From contig JBEPZK010000002.1 of the NCBI GenBank assembly GCA_041640855.1, positions 24,964 to 88,963 on the forward strand: a DNA stretch of 64,000 bases, read 5' to 3'. The position numbers and the translations under genes are program-made. The notes beneath the pieces were generated by a model. It saw nothing but the letters and a program-made list of their open reading frames with translations. It ran no database searches and was not told where the DNA came from. This DNA comes from Candidatus Kryptoniota bacterium. GTDB lineage: Bacteria; Bacteroidota; Ignavibacteria; Kryptoniales; Kryptoniaceae. This document shows positions 1 to 10,400 of this stretch, in pieces (the stretch's first letter is position 1; each line of letters starts with the position of its first letter).

Positions 1-228
1 GACGAGATATTAAAAGCTGATAGTTTTGCAAAGTCACAAATTCCGCCGGAAAAACTTTATAGAGTTGAAAAGAGAAACGGTAGGACAAGGTATATTTATT
101 CTGAAGAGTACTACTTGATTATGTCGGATAAATTGAAAAATTTGGTTTATGATAGAATGTCAACTTCAGCGGTTAAACTTGCTCTTGTATGGTTAACTGC
201 TTTGCAAGATGCACAGAGTTTTAAATAA
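1..228 (+). CDS. 3' fragment of a probable S1/P1 nuclease / zinc-dependent phospholipase C-like protein (5' end outside the window)
   Basis: Frame 1 is open from base 1 to TAA at 226-228: DEILKADSF...YRVEKRNGRTRYIYSEEYY...LVYDRMSTSAVKLALVWLTALQDAQSFK. It resembles the C-terminus of this FCB-group family as I recall it. Confidence 0.5.
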   Translation, partial: DEILKADSFAKSQIPPEKLYRVEKRNGRTRYIYSEEYYLIMSDKLKNLVYDRMSTSAVKLALVWLTALQDAQSFK

Positions 229-243
229 AATAGATAAGTTGAA

Positions 244-1632
244 ATGAGAAAAATCAAAAAAACGGATTTTTACAATCGCGTTTATTTGAGTGAGCGGGAA
301 ATTCCAAAGCGTTGGTATAATATACTTCACGATATGCCTGAAAAGCCCAAACCCCCGCTTAACCCAAAGACAGGTGAGCCTGTTTCTGCTGATGAGCTTA
401 GCGTCATTTTTCCAAGCAGTTTAATTGAGCAAGAAATAAGCACAAAACAATGGATAGATATACCTGAGGAAATTTTGAAAGTTTATCTTCTGTGGAGACC
501 TACGCCTCTTATAAGAGCAAGAGCTCTTGAGAAAGCCCTTGACACGCCGGCTCGGATTTATTATAAATACGAAGGTGTTAGTCCATCTGGAAGTCATAAA
601 CCGAATACAGCTGTTGCTCAAGCATATTACAACAAACTTGAAGGAGTTGAACAATTAACAACGGAAACTGGTGCAGGGCAGTGGGGGAGTGCATTAGCTT
701 TTGCATGTAACTATTTTGGTTTAAAATGTAAAGTCTTTATGGTGAGGGCAAGTTATGAGCAAAAGCCATATCGAAGGGTCTTGATGCAAATGTGGGGCGC
801 GGATGTAATACCAAGCCCAAGCAAGGAAACGGAATCTGGCAGAAAAATACTTGAGTTAGACCCAAACTCTCCTGGAAGCCTTGGAATAGCGATAAGCGAA
901 GCTATCGAGGTGGCGATTTCAAGCGAAAATACCAAATACTCATTGGGAAGTGTTTTAAATCATGTTTTATTGCATCAAACGATAATTGGTCTTGAGGCGA
1001 AAAAGCAACTTGAAAAAGTCGGTGAATATCCGACGATAATTATTGGATGCGTTGGTGGTGGTTCAAATTTTGCCGGCATAAGTTTTCCGTTTTTGTTTGA
1101 CAAGTTTTATGGAAAAAGAAAAATGTTAAGAGTTCTTGCGGTTGAACCAGCTGCGTGTCCAACTTTGACAAAAGGAATTTACAGTTATGATTATGGCGAC
1201 ACAAGCAAGTTAACACCACTTCTTCCAATGTATACATTAGGTCACGATTTTATTCCTCCGCGAATTCATGCCGGTGGATTAAGATACCATGGGATGAGCC
1301 CGATTGTAAGTAAATTATATGTTGACGGTTTTATCGAGGCAAGAGCTTACACACAAAATGAGGTCTTTGACGCTGCGGTTAGGTTTGCCCGAACCGAGGG
1401 GATATTACCAGCCCCGGAGTCAGCTCACGCTGTAAGAGCAGTGATAGACGAAGCGATAAGAGCACGGAAGGAGAAGAAGGAGGAAGTGATACTTTTCAAT
1501 CTTTCAGGCCATGGTTATTTTGATATGAGTGCGTATGATAATTACTTGTCTGGTTCTCTTGAGGATGTGCTTTTGACGGATTTAGACGCTGATGAGCTGG
1601 CTCGTAAGCTTTCTGGCTATCCGAGGCCCTGA
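244..1632 (+). CDS. trpB2: Tryptophan synthase beta chain, type 2 (TrpB2)
   Basis: PLP-lysine motif [34 protein letters not shown] and NLSGHG. The 462-aa length and N-terminal IPKRWYNI are typical of TrpB2 rather than TrpB1. Confidence 0.92.
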   Translation: MRKIKKTDFYNRVYLSEREIPKRWYNILHDMPEKPKPPLNPKTGEPVSADELSVIFPSSLIEQEISTKQWIDIPEEILKVYLLWRPTPLIRARALEKALDTPARIYYKYEGVSPSGSHKPNTAVAQAYYNKLEGVEQLTTETGAGQWGSALAFACNYFGLKCKVFMVRASYEQKPYRRVLMQMWGADVIPSPSKETESGRKILELDPNSPGSLGIAISEAIEVAISSENTKYSLGSVLNHVLLHQTIIGLEAKKQLEKVGEYPTIIIGCVGGGSNFAGISFPFLFDKFYGKRKMLRVLAVEPAACPTLTKGIYSYDYGDTSKLTPLLPMYTLGHDFIPPRIHAGGLRYHGMSPIVSKLYVDGFIEARAYTQNEVFDAAVRFARTEGILPAPESAHAVRAVIDEAIRARKEKKEEVILFNLSGHGYFDMSAYDNYLSGSLEDVLLTDLDADELARKLSGYPRP

Positions 1633-1670
1633 CCCTCAGTTAATTTAAAAACTAAAATCGTTATTGCAAA

Positions 1671-3095
1671 TTGAAAAAAACAAAAACTAGATTTGCACCA
1701 AGCCCAACAGGACACCTACACATAGGAGGAGCAAGAACCGCAATTTTTAACTGGCTATTTGCGAAAAAAAACAACGGTGAATTTTATCTAAGAATTGAGG
1801 ATACGGATCGAGAACGCTCAAGTGAGGAAATGGTGCAGTCGATAGTTGATGGGTTAAAATGGCTTGGCCTAAATTGGGATGGTGATCTATATTTTCAATC
1901 AGAACATATAGATGAACATATTAAGGCATGCTATGAACTTGTTGAAAGAGGTTATGCATATTTCTGTTACTGCAGTGAAGAAGAACTTGAACAAAAGCGA
2001 AAGGAAGCGGAAGAAAAGAAAATTCCATATAAATACGATAGAAAATGCCTTTACCTAAGCGAAGAGCAAAAGTTGCAGTATGAACGAGAGGGAAGAGGTA
2101 AAGTTATTAGGTTTAAAGTTCCAGATGGAGAGACGACCTTTTTCGATGTCATCCATGGTGAAATAAAGTTTAATAATTCCGAGATTGACGACTTTGTAAT
2201 TCTTCGCTCTAACAATATTCCGGTTTACAATATGGCTGTTGTTGTAGATGACCATAACATGGGAATCACTCATGTTATCCGAGGTGATGACCATATTTCA
2301 AATACACCGAAGCAAATTCTTATCTATCAAGCTTTGGGTTGGGAAATTCCGGTCTTCGCTCATGTTCCACTTATCCTTGGACCCGACAAAAAAAGATTAA
2401 GTAAAAGGCACGGAGCGACCGCTGTGATTGAATATAGAGATAAAGGTTTTTTATCCGAAGCGATGTTTAATTATCTTTGCTTACTCGGTTGGTCACCCGG
2501 TGACAATAGAGAAATTATGAGCATTGAGGAAATTATAGAAGCGTTCGATATTACAAAGATTCAAAAGAAAAGCGCTATATTTGACCAAGCAAAGCTCGAA
2601 TGGATGAATAGTGAATATATCAAGCGAAAAGAAAATGTCGAACTTTTGAAACTTGTTAAACCATTCGTTGAAAAGTACGGATATAAGCTTGAAGATGAGT
2701 CTTACCTGCTTAAAGTTATAAACCTTATGAAAGATAGGGTGAAAGTTCTCGAGGACTTTGTGACATTTGGAAGATATTTTTTTGAGGACCCGATTGATTA
2801 TGATGTAGAAGGAATTGAAAAATATTGGAAGGATAACACAAGTGAACTTCTTTCAGAGTTTTTGGAGAAACTCCGCAGTTTGGAGGAATATACCGCTTTT
2901 AACATCGAGAATGAATTGCGAAGTTTTGCAACTCAGAAGAGTGTTAAGGCGGCTGATTTAATTCATCCGATTAGGCTCGCGATAACCGGAATGAGAGTTA
3001 GCCCAGGTTTATTTGAAGTTATGGAAGTTCTCGGCAAAGAAACAACCATAAGAAGGATAAAAAACGCATTGAATAAAATTCAAGTAAAAATTTAA
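1671..3095 (+). CDS. gltX: Glutamate--tRNA ligase
   Basis: RFAPSPTG, HIGG, LRIEDTD, HVIRGDDH and LSKRHG class I motifs; TTG start. Confidence 0.97.
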   Translation: MKKTKTRFAPSPTGHLHIGGARTAIFNWLFAKKNNGEFYLRIEDTDRERSSEEMVQSIVDGLKWLGLNWDGDLYFQSEHIDEHIKACYELVERGYAYFCYCSEEELEQKRKEAEEKKIPYKYDRKCLYLSEEQKLQYEREGRGKVIRFKVPDGETTFFDVIHGEIKFNNSEIDDFVILRSNNIPVYNMAVVVDDHNMGITHVIRGDDHISNTPKQILIYQALGWEIPVFAHVPLILGPDKKRLSKRHGATAVIEYRDKGFLSEAMFNYLCLLGWSPGDNREIMSIEEIIEAFDITKIQKKSAIFDQAKLEWMNSEYIKRKENVELLKLVKPFVEKYGYKLEDESYLLKVINLMKDRVKVLEDFVTFGRYFFEDPIDYDVEGIEKYWKDNTSELLSEFLEKLRSLEEYTAFNIENELRSFATQKSVKAADLIHPIRLAITGMRVSPGLFEVMEVLGKETTIRRIKNALNKIQVKI

Positions 3096-3106
3096 GTAGG
3101 GATGAA

Positions 3107-3700
3107 GTGATGATTCTACCGATATATCTTTATGGTGATCCGATATTTAAAAAGCCAGCAAAAAAACTCGAAAATGTAGATGATAACTTTATTGAAACTT
3201 TAAAAGATATGTTTGAGACGATGGAAGTTGCAGATGGAATAGGACTTGCTGCGACTCAGGTTGGTATTCCTTATTCTTTTGCAGTTATAGATGTCTCAGT
3301 TTACGAGGAGTATAAAGATTTCAAAAGAATGGTGATAATAAATCCAGAGATAATTTATTCAAGTGGTGAGGAAATTATGGAAGAAGGATGCCTTAGCATT
3401 CCCGGGATTAGGGCTGAGATAATAAGACCTGCTAAAGTTGTCTTGAGATATCAAGATGTCGATTTTAAAACGAATGAAATTGAGTGCGAGGGCTTGCTGG
3501 CGCGGGTCGTTCAACATGAAATTGATCATTTATACGGCAAGTTTTTCATCGATTATCTCTCGCCGGTGAACTTAAAAATGTTGAAGCCAAGATTGACAAA
3601 AATTAAAAAAGGCGAAGTAAAAGCTCATTATCCTATCGTTATCCCTGGGACGAAAAAGGTTATAAGCCCGGATGAGGTGCAAGTTAAAAAATCTACTTAA
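3107..3700 (+). CDS. def: Peptide deformylase
   Basis: GIGLAATQVG, EGCLSIPG and QHEIDHL motifs; directly upstream of fmt. The start could be ATG at 3110. Confidence 0.97.
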   Translation: MMILPIYLYGDPIFKKPAKKLENVDDNFIETLKDMFETMEVADGIGLAATQVGIPYSFAVIDVSVYEEYKDFKRMVIINPEIIYSSGEEIMEEGCLSIPGIRAEIIRPAKVVLRYQDVDFKTNEIECEGLLARVVQHEIDHLYGKFFIDYLSPVNLKMLKPRLTKIKKGEVKAHYPIVIPGTKKVISPDEVQVKKST

Positions 3701-3714
3701 TTTGGTTTATCTCG

Positions 3715-4713
3715 ATGAAAATTGTTTTTATGGGAACACCTGATTTTGCAGTTCCATCGCTTGAAATACTTCTGAAAAATGATTACGAAATCCTAGCTGT
3801 TGTAACAGCACCTGATGAGCCGAAAGGACGCGGGTATAAGATAACTCCGCCACCTGTTAAAGTTTTTGCTTTAAAGAATAATTTGAAAGTTTTACAGCCT
3901 GAAAATTTGAGGGATGAGAAATTTATAGCTGAGTTAAAAAATCTGTCACCTGAACTAATTGTCGTAGTCGCTTTTAGAATCCTTCCAAAGGAAGTCTTTA
4001 CAATTCCACCGTTTGGTACAATAAATCTCCATGCTTCGCTTCTTCCCAAATATCGTGGCGCTGCTCCGATAAATTGGGCGATAATCAATGGTGAAACTGA
4101 AACTGGTGTTACAACATTTTTCATAAATGAAAAAGTTGATACTGGAAATATAATCCTACAGAGAAAAGTTAAAATTGACCCCGACGAAACTGCTGGTGAA
4201 CTTCATGATAAACTTGCGATCATTGGAGCTGAAGTTTTACTCGAAACGGTAAGATTAATCGAATCTGGAAATGTCAATCCAATTCCGCAGGATAATTCTC
4301 TTGCAACCCCCGCACCAAAGATAAAAAAAGAAATGTGTCAGATAAACTGGTTTGAGAAAGATGCGCAACAAGTTCATAATTTTGTTCGAGGGCTTTCACC
4401 TCAACCTGGGGCATTCACTTTTTTAAATAAAAAAATCGTAAAAATATATCGCACAAAACTCGCGCCATCCGAAGTTCAATTTCAAGATGTAAAACCTGGG
4501 CAGATAATCATCGATGAAAGTAAGGGAGAAATGTATGCAATTTGCGCTGACCTTAAGCCGATTCAGATAATTGAATTGCAAATGGAAGGAAGAAAAAGGT
4601 TAAATGCGTTTGAGTTTTTAAAAGGCTTTAGATTAGAAACGAATACATTTTTTGATGTTCTGGGTGAGGAAGAGCTCAAGTCATATTTATCTAAAAATAA
4701 ATCCACAGTTTAA
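3715..4713 (+). CDS. fmt: Methionyl-tRNA formyltransferase
   Basis: FMGTPDFA, NLHASLLPKYRGAAPI and DTGNII motifs. Confidence 0.97.
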   Translation: MKIVFMGTPDFAVPSLEILLKNDYEILAVVTAPDEPKGRGYKITPPPVKVFALKNNLKVLQPENLRDEKFIAELKNLSPELIVVVAFRILPKEVFTIPPFGTINLHASLLPKYRGAAPINWAIINGETETGVTTFFINEKVDTGNIILQRKVKIDPDETAGELHDKLAIIGAEVLLETVRLIESGNVNPIPQDNSLATPAPKIKKEMCQINWFEKDAQQVHNFVRGLSPQPGAFTFLNKKIVKIYRTKLAPSEVQFQDVKPGQIIIDESKGEMYAICADLKPIQIIELQMEGRKRLNAFEFLKGFRLETNTFFDVLGEEELKSYLSKNKSTV

Positions 4714-4715
4714 AT

Positions 4716-6179
4716 ATGTTTGCAACTGCTGGAATAATCATCATCTTTATTCTTATGGTTATTTTGATGTTTTTCCGCATCCTGCCTGCTTTGTTGGCAA
4801 TCCCAATTATGGCGTTTTTGATATCTTTAATCGCTGGTGTGCCATTAAATGATATTTTTGTTTATGTCATAGGCGAAGGGGCGTTGAGATTACACCAAGC
4901 GTATACGATTGCTATTTTCGGTGGAATGCTAAGTATATTTTTGCAAAAGTCTGGAATTGCTGAAAATTTCGTAAGGAAAGGTGCAGAACTTGCTGGGGAT
5001 AATCCATTTAATGTAAGTTTAATTGTTTTAATTTTAACCGCGCTTTTATTTACAACACTTGGTGGATTAGGCGCAATAATTATGGTTGCCACAATAGTTT
5101 TGCCAATTATGGCTTCGGTTGGGATAAGCTCAGGCACAGTTGCTGGAGTTTTTCTAATAGGTTTGAGCATTGGTGGAATTTTAAATGTTCAAAATTGGGC
5201 GTTATATATAAATGTTTTAAAGGTCGATTTCAGTACAATTAGGGCTTTTGCCTTTATACTTTTCGTTGTATCATTTCTTGTAGCACTTGCTTTTATCATT
5301 ATCGAATTGAAGCGAGAAAAATTGTTGAGAGATTTGAGGTTCTTTTTTAACCCAAAGTTTATACTTGCGATAGTTGCAATTTCAGGTTTGATTCTGCTCC
5401 TTGTTTTCATCTCTGGAGCTAATCCGGGGATAGTTGAAGTTTTAAAGCGATATTTTAAATCTTTAATTTTGGCACTCCTCTTATTGTTCGCACTTTACAT
5501 TTTCATTGATTTCCTGCGCAATTTGCTTATCCCATCTCGGGCTGGTAAACTTAAATGGTATGTGTTTTTAACTCCCATTGTTCCTTTGGTTGTTGTCTTT
5601 GCTTTTGGTGAGCGATATTTTATCCCTGGGTTTATAGGTGGGCTTTTTTATGGGTTCATTACATCATATAGAAAGGGAAGCATTAATTTACTTGTACAAT
5701 CGGTCATTGAAGGTGGCAGCAGTGTAATTCCAGCTGTTGCATTGATGCTTGGCATTGGGATGCTTCTGAACGCTATTCTTGGACCGGTTGGATGGAGTGG
5801 AGAGGAGTGGAAAGTTTACTCTTGCCTCAAACCTTTGTTTAAAGTTATAGTACCAAGTTCTCCGGTTTTATATATTTTGGTGTTTTCGTTATTAAGCCCG
5901 CTTGCTCTTTATCGTGGACCTTTAAATGTATGGGGACTTGGATATGGAATTGCTACCCTTATATCTTATCCTGTTGGGACACTTCCACCTGCTTCGGTGA
6001 TGGGATTACTGCTTTCCGTTGGGCAAATTCAGGGAGTTTGTGACCCAACGAACACTCACAATGTTTGGATTGCGAATGAATTAAGAATCGATGTAAATCA
6101 AATTTTAAAGAAGACATTTCCATACATGTGGATTCTTGCAACTTTGGGATTGATAATTTCCGCGATTATGTTTTTGTAA
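4716..6179 (+). CDS. Ion-transporter-superfamily (GntP/CitMHS-like) permease, substrate unknown
   Basis: About 12 hydrophobic segments; GGMLS...SGIAENFVRKGAELAGD and GAIIMVATIVLPIM patterns resemble IT-superfamily organic acid permeases. Confidence 0.65.
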   Translation: MFATAGIIIIFILMVILMFFRILPALLAIPIMAFLISLIAGVPLNDIFVYVIGEGALRLHQAYTIAIFGGMLSIFLQKSGIAENFVRKGAELAGDNPFNVSLIVLILTALLFTTLGGLGAIIMVATIVLPIMASVGISSGTVAGVFLIGLSIGGILNVQNWALYINVLKVDFSTIRAFAFILFVVSFLVALAFIIIELKREKLLRDLRFFFNPKFILAIVAISGLILLLVFISGANPGIVEVLKRYFKSLILALLLLFALYIFIDFLRNLLIPSRAGKLKWYVFLTPIVPLVVVFAFGERYFIPGFIGGLFYGFITSYRKGSINLLVQSVIEGGSSVIPAVALMLGIGMLLNAILGPVGWSGEEWKVYSCLKPLFKVIVPSSPVLYILVFSLLSPLALYRGPLNVWGLGYGIATLISYPVGTLPPASVMGLLLSVGQIQGVCDPTNTHNVWIANELRIDVNQILKKTFPYMWILATLGLIISAIMFL

Positions 6180-6197
6180 AGTTTTTTAGAAAGAATT

Positions 6198-6899
6198 ATG
6201 CTCTGCGAAATTTGCAACACCCTTAATTCAAAGTTTTCTGTAAAGTGTAAAACATGCGGCGCTTTTTTGCAAAACCCTGTTCGCGTTCTAAATCTTTTTG
6301 AAACAGTTGGAATGCTCATCCTTAATCCAACTGAAGCGTTTCACAAAATTATATTGTCTGAGAGAAAAAATTTTTCAATTTTTCTCGCGCTTCTTTTCGG
6401 GATAGCGATAACATTTGACCTTTTTTATCTTGCAAAGGCCGGTGAAAAGGTTGATAATTTAGCGCTTCTTATTTTTTATATCACCGCGTTTGGCGCCTTG
6501 CTGGGAATTATACTTATCACGGTGATTTCTCTTGTGATAAAACTCCTTCTTCTTTTTTCGGAAGAGAAAATAGGTTTCAAATCAATTTTTTCGGTTTTTG
6601 CTTATTCTGTATTTCCAATCGCTTTTTCTGTTTTCTTTCTTCTACCTGCATTTTTGTCTGTTTTTGGAATTTATTACTTCACCGAATCGCCGAAACCCGA
6701 GGCTCTTAAACCGATTCCATTTTACATCTTATCTGTAGCTAACCTTGGCTTGAAAATATATTCCTTTGCATTGCTGAGCATTGCTTTGAAGCATATAACG
6801 GGCAATTTTTTAAAGGGGCTTGTTTTTGCGTTTTTACCTTCAATTTGTGTGCTTGTTTTATTAAATTTATTAACAGAAGCCATCAAAATTATCCTATAG
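6198..6899 (+). CDS. Yip1-family membrane protein with N-terminal zinc ribbon
   Basis: CEIC...CKTC ribbon, then LNPTEAF and about five TM helices including SVFAYSVFP. Confidence 0.65.
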   Translation: MLCEICNTLNSKFSVKCKTCGAFLQNPVRVLNLFETVGMLILNPTEAFHKIILSERKNFSIFLALLFGIAITFDLFYLAKAGEKVDNLALLIFYITAFGALLGIILITVISLVIKLLLLFSEEKIGFKSIFSVFAYSVFPIAFSVFFLLPAFLSVFGIYYFTESPKPEALKPIPFYILSVANLGLKIYSFALLSIALKHITGNFLKGLVFAFLPSICVLVLLNLLTEAIKIIL

Positions 6900-6903
6900 A
6901 GCG

Positions 6904-9105
6904 ATGATAAACAGAGTTAAAATAGGCATCGATGTCGGCGGGACCTTTACGCATGCGGTTGCAATTGATGTTGATACGCTTGAAATTGTGGCGAAAAGTT
7001 GCGTTCCCACAACCCACTTTGCAAGAGAGGGCGTGGCTCTGGGGGTAATCCAAGCGATGAACGAGGTTTTGAAAAATGGGAATATTAATCCTGAGCAAGT
7101 AGTTTTAATCGCGCATAGCACAACCCAAGCAACAAACGCTCTTCTTGAAGGTGATGTCGCAAAGGTTGGTATAATAGGTATGGGGACAGGAATTGACTCA
7201 ATTAGAGCGAGAGGTGAAACTGATATTGGGAAGATTCCACTTGGTAATGGCAAATTCATTGAGACTGCTCATATTTTCGTTGATTCAAAAATCTTTGAAA
7301 GCAAAAAATTTCAAGATGAGTTAAAAAAGGCAATTGATTATTTAATTTCTAAAGGTGCTGAAGTTTTTGTCGTGAGCGAGGCATTTGGGGTTGATGACCC
7401 AAGCAGGGAAGAAAGGGCTCTTGAAATAATAAGAGATTTCGGTTTCATCGGGACAAACGCATCTTCAATCTCACAACTTTATGGATTGAGAGTCAGGACA
7501 AGAACTGCTGTTGTGAACGCAAGTATGCTTCCTAAAATGGTTGAAACAGCGCGGATGACAAAGGAAAGCGTGAAAAGATCTGGGGTATTAGCTCCACTTA
7601 TGGTTATGCGAAGTGATGGTGGAATAATGAATATAGAAGAAATGTCCAAAAGACCCATTGCTACGATTTTGTCGGGACCTGCGGCTGGCGTTGCTTCTGC
7701 TCTGATGTATGTTAAAGTTGTTGATGGAATTTTCATAGAAGTTGGCGGAACGAGCACCGATATATCGGTTATAAAAAATGGGAGACCAATTGTTAAAACA
7801 GCTGAAATCGGCGGAAATCGTTTATATTTTAGAACACTTGACGTTAGAACCGTTGGGGTGGCTGGCGGTTCAATGGTTCGAATCTCGAGTAACTTCAAAA
7901 GCATAATTGATGTTGGGCCTAGAAGTGCGCATATAGCGGGTTTAAAGTATGTTGCTTTTTCAGATCCAAGCGAATTTGATGATATCGAATTTGTTTTAAT
8001 TCAGCCAAAACCAAACGATCCATCAGACTACCTTGCTATAAAAAGAAAGAATTCAGATAAACCAGAATTTGCGTTGACCACAACCGACGCTGCGAACTTT
8101 TTAGGCGTCCTAAGCGAAAAAGCATATAGCAAGGGAAATTTTGAATCGGTTGAGAAAGTCTTTTTGAAACTTTCTGAAATTATGAAAAAGCCACCAAAAG
8201 AAATCGCAAAAGCAATTCTTGATATCGCAGCTGATAAAGTAAAGGATATCGTTAACGCTCTTATAAAAGAGCATAAACTTGACATTAATCTTGTTACGCT
8301 TGTCGGCGGAGGTGGGGGAGCTGAGGTTATAGTTCCATACCTTGCGAAGAGGATGAACTTTGATTATAAAATTTCAGAAAATGCAGAGGTTGTTTCCGCA
8401 ATTGGTGCAGGTCTCGGGATGATAAGGGAAAGCATCGAACGTGTGATTTTAAATCCAAGCGAGGATGATATATTGAAATTGAGAAATGAGGTCATCGTTT
8501 CAGCAATAAAAATGGGAGCAAAACCTGATTCAATACAAGTGACGATAGAAATCGATAGGCAAACTAAAAGAGTTACAGCAATAGCAACCGGTATCCCAGA
8601 TTTGAAAAGTGGCGATGTGATGCCCAAAATTTTACCAGATGAAGAATTGTTCGAAATAGCTGTTAAATCGTTCAGAGGGTTGTTCAGTAGGCTAAAATAT
8701 GAGGCAAATGTGCCAGAGGTTAAAGTACTTGCTCAAAATAAATTTTACAAAGTTTTCGGGGCTGAGATCGAGAGAAGAAAATTGTTTTTCTTTAAGGAAA
8801 ACATTAAACCTGTGAAAGTATTTGACCTTGAGGGAAATATTAAAATCCAACTCTCAAACGCTGAAGTAGTTGAGACTAATATCGATAGATATGAAAAAGA
8901 TTTAATTAATGTTCTTGAAAGTTTAACTATTTATGGCGATGCCGGTGCAATTGCGCCGGATGTGTTTTTGATTTACGGTTCAAAAATTATCGATTTGACT
9001 GGAGTGATGTTCAAAGAGCAGATGCTTTCAATAGCAAAAGCTGAATTGAAAAATGCAAATTTTATCGATGATAAATTAATAATACTTGCTGAAGAGAGAA
9101 GATGA
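6904..9105 (+). CDS. Hydantoinase/oxoprolinase A-subunit-like ATPase (ASKHA fold)
   Basis: GIDVGGTFT, HSTTQATNALL, SGPAAG, EVGGTSTDI and GGGGG motifs. Confidence 0.85.
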   Translation: MINRVKIGIDVGGTFTHAVAIDVDTLEIVAKSCVPTTHFAREGVALGVIQAMNEVLKNGNINPEQVVLIAHSTTQATNALLEGDVAKVGIIGMGTGIDSIRARGETDIGKIPLGNGKFIETAHIFVDSKIFESKKFQDELKKAIDYLISKGAEVFVVSEAFGVDDPSREERALEIIRDFGFIGTNASSISQLYGLRVRTRTAVVNASMLPKMVETARMTKESVKRSGVLAPLMVMRSDGGIMNIEEMSKRPIATILSGPAAGVASALMYVKVVDGIFIEVGGTSTDISVIKNGRPIVKTAEIGGNRLYFRTLDVRTVGVAGGSMVRISSNFKSIIDVGPRSAHIAGLKYVAFSDPSEFDDIEFVLIQPKPNDPSDYLAIKRKNSDKPEFALTTTDAANFLGVLSEKAYSKGNFESVEKVFLKLSEIMKKPPKEIAKAILDIAADKVKDIVNALIKEHKLDINLVTLVGGGGGAEVIVPYLAKRMNFDYKISENAEVVSAIGAGLGMIRESIERVILNPSEDDILKLRNEVIVSAIKMGAKPDSIQVTIEIDRQTKRVTAIATGIPDLKSGDVMPKILPDEELFEIAVKSFRGLFSRLKYEANVPEVKVLAQNKFYKVFGAEIERRKLFFFKENIKPVKVFDLEGNIKIQLSNAEVVETNIDRYEKDLINVLESLTIYGDAGAIAPDVFLIYGSKIIDLTGVMFKEQMLSIAKAELKNANFIDDKLIILAEERR

Positions 9106-10400
9106 AAACATTGAAAAGCTATAAAAGAACGAAAATAATTGAAACAGATGTTGCAATTGTCGGCGGTGGGCTAAGTGGAATCGTAGTTGCTTTAAGTTGT
9201 GCAAGCAATGGATTAAGAACATTACTAATTGAGAAATATGGATTTCCGGGCGGGCTTATAACAAACGCATTTGGTTATCCGTTAAGAATCTTTAATGTGC
9301 AAAAAGATTTTTCAGAACTTTTTATGTCGGAAGATTTTGAGAGGATAGAATATCCAATTTTTTCGACCGTGATAAGATATCTTCTCAAAAATGAAGCGAT
9401 CTCACAGAAATTAATCCCTGACCCGCTTAGAATATCAGCTTCAATTATACCCCTTGACTTCGAAAAATTTAAATTCACGCTCCTTGAACTTTTACTTGAT
9501 TTTAAAGTTGAGATTCTCTTTCATTCTTCGTTTGTCAGAGCTAAGTTAAGGGGTAAAACTGTCAAGAGTATTTTTGTCCTTGGCAAAGAGGGATTAATAG
9601 AGATATTTGCGAGATACTTTGTCGATGCGACAGGAAATTGTGTTGTTTTCAAATCTATTGATGAAAGTCTAACAAAAAAGCTCGATGCAGATGTAAGGTA
9701 TAACTTTATTTTAACAGGATGTGATTTTAGCAAGATAGATGAACGAATTGTTTGTGAAAAAGTTGAAGTGGGAGATATTACATATCACGCTTATGTTGTA
9801 AGTAGAGATGGTGAAAGGTTCGCGATTTATGAATTGCCTTTGAAAAATCATTGTGTCGTTTTTGGTTTATCCAGAAACGGATTCAGCCCAGAAGATATTT
9901 TCTCTGTCAGCGAAGCTGAGGAGGAGTTGCAATTAAAAGTTTATTCTCTCATCGAATACCTTAAGCAGTTTAAACCTTTCGAAAACGCTAGAGTTTCAAC
10001 GTTCCCGGCGCAAATTTACTTTACAGAGGGACGCAAATTGAATGGTTTGTATTCTTTAACTGTCGATGATGTTCTTAACGGCAAAAATTTCGATGATGAA
10101 ATCGCGGTTACCAAAGTCTCAGTGATTGGCGATAAAATTTTCCCATGTCTTCTTTCACCGGATAAGAAATTTGATTCCGCTATCCTTCGGTTTCCATTGT
10201 CTTCTTTCTTGACCGATGTTAAAAATCTCGTCGCGGTTGGCAGAAACGCGGACGTAAGCGATGACTTGAAGTTTATACTCTATTCTTTCCCATTCGTTAT
10301 GAAAACATCGGAAAACATCGGCAGGGTTATATCATTCGCTTTCAAAAATAATTTAAATTTGACGGACTTTAAAACAAAGGCTAAGTTTGATCTAACTTGA
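9102..10400 (+). CDS. FAD-dependent oxidoreductase (PF12831-like), divergent copy
   Basis: VGGGLSG dinucleotide motif, EKYGFPGG and DATGN; ATGA overlap with the upstream gene. Confidence 0.75.
   Translation: MKTLKSYKRTKIIETDVAIVGGGLSGIVVALSCASNGLRTLLIEKYGFPGGLITNAFGYPLRIFNVQKDFSELFMSEDFERIEYPIFSTVIRYLLKNEAISQKLIPDPLRISASIIPLDFEKFKFTLLELLLDFKVEILFHSSFVRAKLRGKTVKSIFVLGKEGLIEIFARYFVDATGNCVVFKSIDESLTKKLDADVRYNFILTGCDFSKIDERIVCEKVEVGDITYHAYVVSRDGERFAIYELPLKNHCVVFGLSRNGFSPEDIFSVSEAEEELQLKVYSLIEYLKQFKPFENARVSTFPAQIYFTEGRKLNGLYSLTVDDVLNGKNFDDEIAVTKVSVIGDKIFPCLLSPDKKFDSAILRFPLSSFLTDVKNLVAVGRNADVSDDLKFILYSFPFVMKTSENIGRVISFAFKNNLNLTDFKTKAKFDLT

Noticed and set aside
1673-1771. Poly-A tracts in gltX as phase-variation sites
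   Set aside because: A7-A8 runs are common in this A-rich genome, the frame is intact and the gene is essential.
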